A stretch of 64,000 bases of DNA from an uncultured delta proteobacterium (GCA_963745035.1 CAVUVW010000013.1:512001-576000), one strand, 5' to 3'. Shown: positions 50,892 to 60,770, counted from the stretch's first letter. A program made the numbers and translations. Notes: a model not told the origin generated them from the letters alone.

Positions 50892-53612
50892 CTAAAGGTC
50901 GGGCTTCATGCCCCATTTCGAGTATCGCAGCCAGCGCTCCAACTGATCGGCGGGAAGCGGCTTGCTCATGAAATAGCCCTGCGCTTCGTCGCACCCCAAG
51001 GCCCCAAGCATATTCCACGTCTCCTGGTCCTCTACGCCCTCGGCGGTAACCGACAGCGCGAGGTTGTGGCCGAGCTCGATCGTCGAGCGCACGATCGTGG
51101 CGGTGTCCGCGTCGCTCATGAGCCTGGAAACGAAGAGTTTATCGATTTTGATCTCGCTTACGGGCAGGTGCTTGAGGTACGCTAGCGAGGAGTATCCGGT
51201 GCCGAAGTCGTCAATGGAAAATCGAAAACCGTGCCGGCTTAGAAACATCAAGACGTTTCGCGCCTTCGCCGGATCGGCCATCAGAGCGCTTTCGGTGATC
51301 TCCATGGTGATCGCGTCGGCGTGGGCGCCGTCTCCGTTCAGCATGGCGAGCACGTGGTTGGGGAACGACGGCTCGAGCAAGTTGCGCACCGACAGATTGA
51401 GTGAAACACTGAATCGATAACCGGCGCGCCTCCAGACGGCCGCTTGCCGAACGGCATTTTTGACTACCCACTCGGTGAGGCGCTGGATCGCGCCGGTCTT
51501 TTCCGCCAGGGGAATGAATTGATCGGGCGCGATCATGCCGCGCTCCGGATGCTGCCAACGCAGCAACGCCTCCACGCCGACGATCTGGTTGGTCTTGAAA
51601 CTCACCTTGGGCTGATAAAACAGCGCAAGCTCGTCATGATCGATGGCGGAGCTGAGCTCTCCCATCAGGGTCAGCCGATGCGGCTCGTATTGATCGATGG
51701 CGGAGGTGTATGCGGAGTATCCGGTGGCCGACCGCTTGGCGGCGCGCATCGCCATATCGGCGCGGCGCAGCAGGTCCTCGGCATTGCGCGCGTTTTCAGG
51801 AGCCAAGGCGATGCCGATGCTGGCGTGCACATCCAGCGGCAGATCGTCAATCGTAAACGGCGGTTCGAGCGCGCTGATGATCGAACGCGCTTGGTCCACC
51901 GCGTGCAGCGACATACCGTACCCGAGAAACAACAACGCAAACTCGTCGGCGTGCAACCGCGCCAGCATGTCGGCGCCGCTTACCGCGTCGCCAAGCCGCC
52001 GGGCGAATTGCCGCAGCAGCTTATCCCCTTTCTGGTAGCTCAGGGCGTTGTTGATCTCCTCGAAACCGTCGATGTTGACCCGCAGGAGCGCCATGGAGGC
52101 CGGACCTTCCTGGCGATCGAAAAGCTCGCGCACTCGCTCGATCAAACGCGATCGGTTCGGCAGCCCGGTGAGCGGGTCGTTGCTGGCGAGATACTTGAGT
52201 TCGGAGATCGTCTGCCAGAGAGCGACGGCTTGGCTGATCTGGCCATTGATGAGCTTGGAGAAATGAATCCACTCCGGGTAAAGCCCCCGCGTGTCCGAAA
52301 ACAACACGATCACGCCGAGCGCACGCGCGTCGAAGATCAGCGGCGCTATCAGCACCGAGCGCACCGAAGCCCTGCTCAGCAGAGATTGAAAACGCTCTTC
52401 ACCCGCGGGCGAGCTGAAAACCACCGGCTCGGCGCCGGCCATGGTTTCATGCAAGAGCTCTGCGGCGCCGTAGAAATTCGCCAAGGCAACCGTGTCCGCT
52501 TCCGAGAAGCCAATTTGGCTCGATAACTTCAAGCCGGCGCTTGGGTCCAGAAGGTACAACGCGCCGCGTGAGAAGCCGATAACCGCCAGATAGTGCGCAA
52601 GAATTTCGGACAAGAGACTTTCGATGTTTTGCCCGGAGCGCAGGAAATTCTGCGCCGCGCTCGCGAGCACGGAAATTTGCGCGCTCTGCGCCGCGCAGCG
52701 CCGCGCCAGATCGACGCTCAGTCTCGCCTGGCGGTTGAGCTGGCGCATCAAGCTCTCTTTGTGTCCGGCCTCGAATGTTTCTTCATTGGGCGCGGGCGCC
52801 GGCGCAGGCTGATTCAAACTGGCAAGCAGGATCTCCACCGCATCTTTGCAATCCGGCGTGCGCGCCACCAACGCGTTCGCGCCGATATCCGCCGCCAGTT
52901 GCTTGTCGGCGGCGTCGTCGTAGCTGTTGGTCAACAACACCACCGGGATTCTCTTCAGCCGCTCGTGCTTGCGAATCGCCAGGCAAAGCTCGAAGCCGTC
53001 GATCCGCGGCATCAGCACGTCGGAAATCACCGCGTCGGGAAACGTGGTTTCCGCCTTGGCGAGCGCTTCGGCGCCGTCTTTGGCGGTGGCCACGCCGAAG
53101 CCGAGATTGGCGAGATACGTCGCCAGCAGTTTGAGCTGCTTCGCGTCGTCGTCCACCGCGAGCACCACGCGTCCCTGCCCCGGCATGCTGATCGATGTTT
53201 TGCTGGCGGCCAGATGCGCCCGCACCGTGGTGACAAGAAACGAAGGTTCCACGGGCTTGAACAGATAATCGGCGAAATTCGCCTGCGGCAGCTTTGCTTC
53301 GTCGCCTTTGGAGATCAATCCAACGAGCGCCAGAATGGGAATTTTTTCCGCGCCGTCCACCGCGCGTAAACGGCCGACAAGATCGAAGCCGTCGATATCG
53401 GGAAGCAGGATGTCCTGCAAAATCAGATCGGGGAGCTCGCGCGACACGCTGGCAATCGCCGAGCGGCCATCCGCCGCTTCGGCAACGATGAATCCGTCGG
53501 CCTCGAGCGCCACCCGCGTAAGCTTGCGCGAAATCGGGTTGTCTTCGACCACCAGAACTTTCATCGGAGCCGCAAAGCCTTTCGCCGGGTCGGGCGCTTT
53601 ATATTGGGTCAT
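50892..53612 (-). CDS. REC-REC-GAF-degenerate GGDEF-EAL protein (likely c-di-GMP phosphodiesterase)
   Basis: Two receiver domains, DPLTGLPNR, ARLHADEF (degenerate), VEALLRW, IDDFGTGYSSL. Confidence 0.92.
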   Translation of the reverse strand: MTQYKAPDPAKGFAAPMKVLVVEDNPISRKLTRVALEADGFIVAEAADGRSAIASVSRELPDLILQDILLPDIDGFDLVGRLRAVDGAEKIPILALVGLISKGDEAKLPQANFADYLFKPVEPSFLVTTVRAHLAASKTSISMPGQGRVVLAVDDDAKQLKLLATYLANLGFGVATAKDGAEALAKAETTFPDAVISDVLMPRIDGFELCLAIRKHERLKRIPVVLLTNSYDDAADKQLAADIGANALVARTPDCKDAVEILLASLNQPAPAPAPNEETFEAGHKESLMRQLNRQARLSVDLARRCAAQSAQISVLASAAQNFLRSGQNIESLLSEILAHYLAVIGFSRGALYLLDPSAGLKLSSQIGFSEADTVALANFYGAAELLHETMAGAEPVVFSSPAGEERFQSLLSRASVRSVLIAPLIFDARALGVIVLFSDTRGLYPEWIHFSKLINGQISQAVALWQTISELKYLASNDPLTGLPNRSRLIERVRELFDRQEGPASMALLRVNIDGFEEINNALSYQKGDKLLRQFARRLGDAVSGADMLARLHADEFALLFLGYGMSLHAVDQARSIISALEPPFTIDDLPLDVHASIGIALAPENARNAEDLLRRADMAMRAAKRSATGYSAYTSAIDQYEPHRLTLMGELSSAIDHDELALFYQPKVSFKTNQIVGVEALLRWQHPERGMIAPDQFIPLAEKTGAIQRLTEWVVKNAVRQAAVWRRAGYRFSVSLNLSVRNLLEPSFPNHVLAMLNGDGAHADAITMEITESALMADPAKARNVLMFLSRHGFRFSIDDFGTGYSSLAYLKHLPVSEIKIDKLFVSRLMSDADTATIVRSTIELGHNLALSVTAEGVEDQETWNMLGALGCDEAQGYFMSKPLPADQLERWLRYSKWGMKPDL

Positions 53613-53909
53613 AGAGCTTGCCGTCACAATTCGAGATAGCCCTGGATGACTCCCGGCAGGGTTCGCGTGTCGATCGGCTTGGCGATATAACAATCGCGTG
53701 TCCGGCAACATGCCGGGCGCAAAAAGCGTCGGATGGCGCAAGACTTCTCGACACGACAGCCGTCAGAAAGAAAAAATTCTCCAAAGCGTTGGTCGATCGT
53801 TTCTGTGCAAAAATCGTCGAGTTCTGTTCACGCGCGGAAGCGAAACCTCCGTCCTCATGCTCGTGCCCGTCTGCGACCTTAGGCGGGTAACCTAGCTAGA
53901 TTTCAGCCC

Positions 53910-53932
53910 TTAACAGTCAATCTGACTGTCAA
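53910..53932. promoter_or_regulatory. near-perfect palindrome, candidate operator overlapping a minus-strand TTGACA
   Basis: TTAACAGTCA-ATC-TGACTGTCAA. Confidence 0.5.
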
Positions 53933-54274
53933 AAGCGGCGGCACGGTTGTTTTCTCCGATGCCGCGGCGTGCCTTTACCTATTTGTGGAGCGAATTTGAG
54001 CACTTTTCATGCCATAGCGGTCATCGAACGTCGTTGTGCTGCGCAGGACGGAAAACTGCGCTCGCGGAAACAAATTCGCAACAAATATTGCCAACCGCAA
54101 CCAAATCCTTGCCATTGTCCGTCAACAATGACCGGAAAATGTCAAAACTCCACGAGAATAAATTGCTGGTCTGGTATAGACGTCTACGACAAAAAGGATT
54201 TGGCCCCGCGGCGCAGTCACTCCCGACTGTGGATTTCGGCTTTAACGCGAGTCAACGCAATCGCGCGCCGAGCA

Positions 54275-55276
54275 TTATCGTTCGTAGAGTTTTTTAACGA
54301 AGCCGCTCTGTTCGATCTCACGCAGCAAGCTGTCATCGACAAACGCTTTCGGATCTGCGGTCTTGGCTTTCGGATTGTCTTTCTCGATAAAGCCGAGCAC
54401 GGTTTCGACGCCGCGCAGCGAAGGATACGGCGTGTTCTCGTAATACTTTGTGACCAATAGATCGAGCGAGCGATCCAGGTTTCGTTCCTGCTCGGGACCG
54501 ATGCGAAGCTTCTTCTTGACGATGTCTAAACTCTCCTGCTTGTTGTGCTTGACGAAAGCAATTCCTTCGACGTAACCCCTGAGAAATCGCAGCACCTTGT
54601 CACGATTGTTCTTGATATATTGGCGCGTCGTCGCAACCATCGTATGCAGGTAGTAAATGTCGGTATCGGCCATATCGAGCAACACTCGGTAACCGCGGTC
54701 TTCGGCAACGAACATCGAAGGAATCGTTACCACAGCGCCTTCGATACCCCCTTTGTCTAGGCTCGCCAGCATGCTCGGCGACGAGCCGAGTTGCATGACC
54801 TGCACATCGTTGACGCTCATCTTCCAGCGCTGCAGCATCATCAACAACACGGAATGGGACACCGCGCCGATGCGAGTGACGCCGACTCGTTTGCCCTTTA
54901 GATCCGCTGGAGTCTTTATATCGGGCTTGGTAATCAAGCGCTGTAGTCCCTTATTGACGACACTGGCGACCATCACGGTATCGCCGCCGCGCAGCGAAGC
55001 CGCGACCAAGACATCGCCCGCTGAGTTTACCATCTGTACGTCGTTGGCTATCAGCGCGCTGATGCCGGCGGTGCCACCTTGGCCAGTGACGATTACTTCG
55101 ATATCGATACCGTGCTTGCGAAACAGCCCCTTTGTTTCAGCGACCCACACTGCGCTGTGCAAGCCGCTCACTGAACTCAATCCCATGCGCATCTTGTCTT
55201 GCGCGCCCGCAGAAGCGGCCAGACATGCCGCGCTCAACAAGGAAATCAAAGCAGCCAAGCCAACTGATTTACCCAT
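54275..55276 (-). CDS. NMT1/THI5/SsuA-like ABC substrate-binding protein
   Basis: Signal peptide, IKTPADLKGKRVGVTR. Confidence 0.9.
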   Translation of the reverse strand: MGKSVGLAALISLLSAACLAASAGAQDKMRMGLSSVSGLHSAVWVAETKGLFRKHGIDIEVIVTGQGGTAGISALIANDVQMVNSAGDVLVAASLRGGDTVMVASVVNKGLQRLITKPDIKTPADLKGKRVGVTRIGAVSHSVLLMMLQRWKMSVNDVQVMQLGSSPSMLASLDKGGIEGAVVTIPSMFVAEDRGYRVLLDMADTDIYYLHTMVATTRQYIKNNRDKVLRFLRGYVEGIAFVKHNKQESLDIVKKKLRIGPEQERNLDRSLDLLVTKYYENTPYPSLRGVETVLGFIEKDNPKAKTADPKAFVDDSLLREIEQSGFVKKLYER

Positions 55277-55324
55277 GCTTACTCCTGTTTCTCTATCTCG
55301 CCCCTCAAGCCTTCGCCTCGGCCC

Positions 55325-56326
55325 TCACCGCTTGCCCATTTCCGCGAGTGCCTGTTTGAGATAGCCGGGATCGATGTATTTCGAGGGCTGGGGCAGAGGT
55401 TCCTTGAGAACACCCTGATCGGCCGTGAGATTGATGATCGTACGCACGCCTTCGACGTTGAGATCTGCGTTGCGGTCCCAAATACGGTTTTTCCAGTTGT
55501 AATCGTAGGCATAGCGGCAGTGATCCATACTGATCGACATTTCCTTGGTCAGGTATTCGCACGCCGGATCTCGGTTATTTTCCATCCAGCGCATGGTCGC
55601 GACCATCGCTTTCATGAAACGCACTACCAGCGGACGATTTTTTTCAGCCCACGATCGTTTGATGATGTAAACGTTGAACTGAAAGTTGGGCTGATCGTCG
55701 GCGAAGTAACCGATGACGTTGAAGCCCTGTTTTTTGGCGACGAGATCGAGAGGCACGCCGACGGGAGCCGCCGCGATTTGACCCGAAGTCAGAGCTTGGA
55801 ACCGATCGGGCGCGCTGCCGATGTTCAATAGCTTATAGTCTCGCGGATATTCAAGGCCGTGGACTTTCATGACGAGGCGCAAGGCAAACCCGGTGCCGGA
55901 AGTAAGCGTCTGCGATCCTATGGTCGTGCCGCGCAGATCAGCGTAGGTCTTGTATTGCTTGGCGCCGATCATGCTCAGTCCAAGTCCATTGATCAGTCCA
56001 CCGATCATGGTGATATCCGCGCCGCGCTCGTAGGCGTTGATGAGCGTGTCGACGGTAGCGCTTGCGACGTAGATAGAATCGGCCGTCAGTGCCTGAATGG
56101 TCAACGGCGAGCCGCGCATGGTGACGATCGGCACTTCCAGCCCCTCGCGCTCGAAAAATCCCATCTTCGCCGCGACCCAGAGCGGCCCATAACTCAGCGT
56201 CTTCGAGGACTCGCCGATGGGAAACCGAATCTTCTCCTGTGCGGCAGCAGGCGTCGCAAACGCCACCGCGAGCAGAAGACTCGCCACAGCCCGCGCGATC
56301 CACAATCCTCCATCCTCGATCCTCAT
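55325..56326 (-). CDS. NMT1/THI5/SsuA-like ABC substrate-binding protein
   Basis: YGPLWVAAKMGFF, GLEYPRDYKLL; N-terminal MRIEDGGLW derives from an ATCCTCN repeat, so the start is uncertain. Confidence 0.88.
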   Translation of the reverse strand: MRIEDGGLWIARAVASLLLAVAFATPAAAQEKIRFPIGESSKTLSYGPLWVAAKMGFFEREGLEVPIVTMRGSPLTIQALTADSIYVASATVDTLINAYERGADITMIGGLINGLGLSMIGAKQYKTYADLRGTTIGSQTLTSGTGFALRLVMKVHGLEYPRDYKLLNIGSAPDRFQALTSGQIAAAPVGVPLDLVAKKQGFNVIGYFADDQPNFQFNVYIIKRSWAEKNRPLVVRFMKAMVATMRWMENNRDPACEYLTKEMSISMDHCRYAYDYNWKNRIWDRNADLNVEGVRTIINLTADQGVLKEPLPQPSKYIDPGYLKQALAEMGKR

Positions 56327-56351
56327 GACCAGAAGTCCCTTCCTACTTACG

Positions 56352-56386
56352 CACTACTCCATCACTCCAACACTCCATTTCTCCAA
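56352..56386. repeat. CANYACTC octamer tandem repeat
   Basis: cactactc catcactc caacactc catttctc; same family at 42683-42726. Confidence 0.7.
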
Positions 56387-56390
56387 TTGT

Positions 56391-57474
56391 TTACCCAATC
56401 CCCTTGATCACGCACAGCGTATTGCGTCCGGTCCACATCGGCAGAAATACCGAATGGCGGTGCTTGCCGCCGACAACGATGACCATGATGTCCTCGGCCT
56501 TCGTGGAAAGATGAACCACGCCGTCAGGCGTGACGTTCGGCGACTCGCGCAGCAATTCGTCGTCGTTCTTGTGACCTTTGCGCCGCGCCGGTATTTCAGA
56601 AAATTTGAGCGACGCATGTTCCCAGAGATAATCTTTCACCTGCTTTTTCGTGATGCCGTCGCGCGCCATGATCTCCGCGTCCTCGACGCCGAGAGCGATG
56701 AGCGGGGTGCCGCCGCCGAAGCTGCCGACGTCGAGGTGGCTCACGCCATGGTGCATGCGGATGACTTCGGCGAGAGAAGAAAGCGCCTGCTCGCCGCGAC
56801 TGCCGGCGGTGTGGATCGGCAGAAAGCCGTTGATGCCGAAGACCGTCACCGCGTTGTCCTCCGGCTTGAAACCGAACTCCACGTGATACGGCTCCCAGGG
56901 GCTCTTTTCCTGATTTTCGCCGAAGCACATCGTGTACTTGCCCGGCCAGCCCAAAGGTCGATCGATCGGTGTCGCCCGGATAACCGCCGCCGACGGTAAT
57001 CAAAATCAAGCGCATCGCGCGTCCGATCGTCGCGTTCGAGCGAAAGCCTGGACCGAAAACGCCGGCGTCACAATTGACGTTGAGTTGTTTTCTGATCGGC
57101 CCATTCAGCAACAGGGCCGGACCAACATAGCCGGTAGTCGCCTGCACGCCGTAGAGATTGAACCGCGGCTCGCAGATCGCTTCGACGGCAGCGATCACGA
57201 CCGGCAAATATTCCGGCAAGCAGCCGGCCATCACCGCGTTGACGGCGATCTTCTCGATCGAACACGGCGCCCACTTGGGCGGGATCGGTCCGATGATCTC
57301 CTGCGGATCGCGGTTCGTCCCGGACAGCATGCGCTCGACCCGCTCCGGCGTCGGCGGCACGATCGGCAACCCATCGCTCAGCTTTTGGTTGCAAAACCAA
57401 TCATTGACCGCTTCCCAGCTGTCTTCGACTTCGATGAGGTTTGAGGTGAGGTTCACGTATGAAAGCTCCGACAT
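56391..57474 (-). CDS. conserved protein of unknown function partnering UGSC selenoprotein 1 (one +1 frameshift near 56953)
   Basis: SDGLPIVPPT, EKIAVNAVMAGC.PEY, QATTG, NATIGRA; paralog of 60771-61814, which restores TLGWPGKY. Confidence 0.85.
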
Positions 57475-57477
57475 TGT

Positions 57478-57894
57478 TCACGCCCTGATTTGTGTTCGAC
57501 GCTTTGCCTTTCCGCTGTTCCGCTTCCTTCCCCCTTGCGGGGAAGGATTGAGGTAGGGGGTGTTTTGCAGACTATTCGAAATAACTTCCATAACTCCATC
57601 AATGTTTTGGATCACATCATTGTTCCAAAACCTCAACACAATGAATCCCTGATTACGCAACCACGCATCACGACCAGCATCGTAGCTCTCCCGTTCTGCA
57701 TGCTGTCCGCCGTCGAGCTCAATGATCAACCTTTTTTCCAAACATACAAAATCGACGATATAACTGCCCAATGGCTGCTGGCGGCGAAACTTGTAACCAT
57801 TGACTTGCCAGAAACGGAGTTTTTGCCAAAGCAACTGCTCGACGTCAGTGGGATTCCTCCGCAAACGTCTGGCTCTCAAGCGGGCTGGATCCAT
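57478..57894 (-). CDS. DUF559 / Vsr-like PD-(D/E)xK endonuclease
   Basis: ARRLRRNPTDVEQLLW, KFRRQQPLGSYIVDF, IIELDGGQH, VLRFWNNDV. Confidence 0.92.
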   Translation of the reverse strand: MDPARLRARRLRRNPTDVEQLLWQKLRFWQVNGYKFRRQQPLGSYIVDFVCLEKRLIIELDGGQHAERESYDAGRDAWLRNQGFIVLRFWNNDVIQNIDGVMEVISNSLQNTPYLNPSPQGGRKRNSGKAKRRTQIRA

Positions 57895-57939
57895 ACCCCC
57901 TATCCTTACCTTTCCCCGCAAGGGGGAAAGGAATCGGAA
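57518..57939. mobile_element. candidate DUF559 cassette bounded by inverted palindromic repeats
   Basis: 57518-57561 and 57895-57939 are imperfect inverted repeats sharing TTCCCCCTTGCGGGGAA...TAGGGGGT; the cassette is absent from the paralogous module. Confidence 0.65.
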
Positions 57940-58028
57940 GCAAACGGCTTCGGGTCAATCTCAGGTTTCAGAAGACCATTCCCTTGTATCGATTACTGTT
58001 TGTTCATTTAAAGCTCACCCAGCCTGAC

Positions 58029-58566
58029 CTACTGCCCCAACACCAACGTTCTCCCCACCAAATCCACCGCCCCTTCCGCATCCGCGCGATGCTCACCGGG
58101 GCGGGCGCCGCCGCTTGGGTGATGCGGTATCTCCACCAACGGCAGGTTCGCCCTGGCCGAAAAATTTGGCCTCCGTGCGCGCCAGCTCCATGAAAATCGA
58201 CTGGCATAAGGTCACCGTCGGCTTTCCCCTTTTCTGCAGCTCGATGGCGTCGTGGACACTCCACGACGTGCACGACCCTCAAGCGCCCAGACCGGTGATG
58301 ACGGCATCGCACCGGCTAAGCATTTCCTCCATGATGGGCTTCGGCGCGCCCTGCATATGGGTTGGCTTCGTTCTAAAGACAACTTCCTTCGTTTGATATT
58401 TTTCGCCCATGAGCTTTGCCAGTTCTTGAAACATCGTCGTCGAATTCGCCTGGCCGTTATCGATGATGCCCACGGTTTTCCCTTCGAGCGTTTCCAGACC
58501 CGGCACAAGCGGTCGGTCTTTCGGGTTCACTGTTGCTCTGGGATCGAGAAATTTGATAGTCGCCAT
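58029..58566 (-). CDS. UGSC-family selenoprotein 1 (Sec at TGA 58279-58281; one +1 frameshift near 58152)
   Basis: ...VITGLGA-TGA-GSCTSWSVHDAIELQKRGKPTVTLC; homology to copy 2 continues through the TGA. Confidence 0.85.
58241..58278 (-). promoter_or_regulatory. putative bacterial SECIS element
   Basis: CGTCGTGG-AGTGT-CCACGACG stem-loop with the loop 18 nt after the UGA. Confidence 0.75.
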
Positions 58567-58679
58567 GCAAAACACCTTTCGGTCGTCTGGACTTTACTGG
58601 CTCGAGCGAATGTATATCGAAAGCCCGGCGAGTCTCAAGGCTGATTTGCCGACAGCATTAACACGACAAAAGAGTCCGG

Positions 58680-59675
58680 CTACCTGTACAATCCGTCGAT
58701 GTATCCGGATTTGTCGAGCTCTTCGATGAATCGCGTGTCGACAAAATCCTTAGGATTGGCGTTCTTCGCGGCGGGTACGCGCTTCGCCAAGTCGTCGAAG
58801 ATCGTCTTGAAGCCCTCCAGCGTTGGATAGGGCTTGACCTGGACGAAGCTATTGAGCAGCTGATAAGTATCGTCGATCTCTTTTTCGTCTTTGATCTGCA
58901 TGCGCCTCGACAGCGCGCGCTTGGCAACGGCCGGATTGGTGCGCATGAGATGAATGCCTTCGATCACCGACTTCACTACGCGCCGTGTGATATCGGGGTT
59001 CTTCGCAATAAACCTTTGCGTCGTATTGAGGCCGGTTTGTTGCACCGGAATATTCATCTCTTGCATGTTCACCAAAACGCGCATGCCGGAAGCGACGGCC
59101 TTCACATAATAGGGCGGCTGAATGATCGCGCCGTCGATGATTCGGCCCGTAGATAGCGAAGCCAGTAGAACCGGCACGTCGCCGACCTGCACGTAGGAAA
59201 CGTCTTTGTCCGGATCCAGGCCGAGCTTGCCAACCAAGAGCCGCGACATCGAATCCGTAACCGTGCCGAAGCGCGTGATACCAAGTCTTTTGCCCTTGAG
59301 ATCCGCGACAGTCTTGATCTCCGGACGCACGACAAGTCGATACAAAGGCTTGTTGAGGAAACTCGCGACCATCACGACGTCGACGCCCTGCAACCGTGCA
59401 GACGAGAGCAGACTGCCGGAGTACACGCACATATCGATTTCACCGGCGATCATCGCCGTCTGTCCGAGAGTGGTTTGCAAATAAAGAATCTGCGGGTCGA
59501 CGCCGTTTTTCTGAAAGAGCCTGCCCTCGTCGGTCACCCACAACATCGCGTTGCTCACCGTTGCCCCGGAGTAACCGATGCGAACCTTGTCGGCTGCCGA
59601 GGCGAACTGCCGAGGGGAGAGGACCAATGTCACTACGGCAACGATGAATAGAAGATGAAATCGAAAATTGCTCAT
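58680..59675 (-). CDS. NMT1/THI5/SsuA-like ABC substrate-binding protein
   Basis: Signal peptide, IKTVADLKGKRLGITRFG; tandem paralog of the next gene. Confidence 0.9.
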   Translation of the reverse strand: MSNFRFHLLFIVAVVTLVLSPRQFASAADKVRIGYSGATVSNAMLWVTDEGRLFQKNGVDPQILYLQTTLGQTAMIAGEIDMCVYSGSLLSSARLQGVDVVMVASFLNKPLYRLVVRPEIKTVADLKGKRLGITRFGTVTDSMSRLLVGKLGLDPDKDVSYVQVGDVPVLLASLSTGRIIDGAIIQPPYYVKAVASGMRVLVNMQEMNIPVQQTGLNTTQRFIAKNPDITRRVVKSVIEGIHLMRTNPAVAKRALSRRMQIKDEKEIDDTYQLLNSFVQVKPYPTLEGFKTIFDDLAKRVPAAKNANPKDFVDTRFIEELDKSGYIDGLYR

Positions 59676-59681
59676 GGGGAC

Positions 59682-60662
59682 CTAGCGAATTGAATCGATG
59701 TATCCAGATTTGTCCAGTTCTTCGACAAACCGGAGATCGGCAAAGTCTTTCGGATCGGCATTTTTTGCCGCAGGCATACGCTTGGACAGGTCATTCAAGA
59801 TCGCTTTGAAGCCTTCCAAGCTGGGATAGGGTTTGATTTGCGTGAAGCCGCGGAGTTGCTGATAGGTTTCTTCCAAATCCTTCGGATCTTTAAGGCGCAT
59901 GCGGAGAGAGAGCGCGCGTTTCGTGGTCTCCGGATCTCTGCGCACAACCGCGGCGCCTTCCACCACCGCTTTGACTACGCGTTTAACGATGTCCGGCCGG
60001 GCGGCGACGTACTTTCTCGTCGTGATCAAACCGGCATGTTGGTAGGGGATCACCGTTTCCTCCAGGTTCATCATGATGCGACCGCCATTCTCGACCGCCC
60101 TTTTATGATCCGGCGGATCGAAGATCGCGCCATCCACGGATTTCGCCATCAGCGCCGCGACACGGGTCGGCGTATCGCCGATCTGCAGGATTGTAACATC
60201 CGTGTCAGGATTCAGTCCGAGCTTCGACACCATCAAACGCGTGCCGAAATCCGACGCCGTGCCGAAGCGTGACACACCCAATCGTTTGCCTTTCAAATCT
60301 GCCGCTGTCTTGATGTCCGGGCGCACGACTAAGCGCGAGACTAGATAATTTAGGAAACCAGCGATCATCGTCACATCGGCGCCCTGAAGCCGGGTGGGCG
60401 TCATCAATAGACCTGTATAAACGGCGAACTGCGTTTCCCCGGCGATCAACGCGGTCTGGCCGAGCGACGCGGCCAGGTAAAGCACCTCGGCGTCGATACC
60501 GTTCTTGTCGAAAAGTTTCGCTTCCTTGGTCACCCAAAGGAGCGCGTTGCTTGTCGTCGTGCCGGAATAACTGATGCGCAGTTTGTCGGCGGCGGACAAG
60601 TTGCTAGCCCACACCAGACCAAGGAAGCAATACAGGATGATGAGTGATGATCGTCGGCGCAC
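59682..60662 (-). CDS. NMT1/THI5/SsuA-like ABC substrate-binding protein
   Basis: Signal peptide, IKTAADLKGKRLGVSRFG. Confidence 0.9.
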   Translation of the reverse strand: MRRRSSLIILYCFLGLVWASNLSAADKLRISYSGTTTSNALLWVTKEAKLFDKNGIDAEVLYLAASLGQTALIAGETQFAVYTGLLMTPTRLQGADVTMIAGFLNYLVSRLVVRPDIKTAADLKGKRLGVSRFGTASDFGTRLMVSKLGLNPDTDVTILQIGDTPTRVAALMAKSVDGAIFDPPDHKRAVENGGRIMMNLEETVIPYQHAGLITTRKYVAARPDIVKRVVKAVVEGAAVVRRDPETTKRALSLRMRLKDPKDLEETYQQLRGFTQIKPYPSLEGFKAILNDLSKRMPAAKNADPKDFADLRFVEELDKSGYIDSIR

Positions 60663-60663
60663 G

Positions 60664-60699
60664 CCCTCACCCTTCCCTCTCCCGCAAGCGGGCGAGGGT
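60664..60699. repeat. solo REP-like palindrome resembling the DUF559-flanking family
   Basis: CCCTCACCCTTCCCTCTCCCGCAAGCGGGCGAGGGT. Confidence 0.75.
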
Positions 60700-60731
60700 A
60701 AGAATAAGTGAAGAATGTCTTCGATCCGAAA

Positions 60732-60768
60732 CGATTTGAACGATTTGAACGGCTTGAACGTTTTGAAC
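60732..60768. repeat. nonamer tandem repeat CGNTTTGAA x4
   Basis: cgatttgaa cgatttgaa cggcttgaa cgttttgaa. Confidence 0.75.
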
Positions 60769-60770
60769 TC

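Noticed and set aside
56940-58160. Programmed frameshifting in selenoprotein module 1
   Set aside because: No clear slippery heptamer with a downstream structure, the paralogous module is in frame, and the same +1 pattern affects unrelated genes
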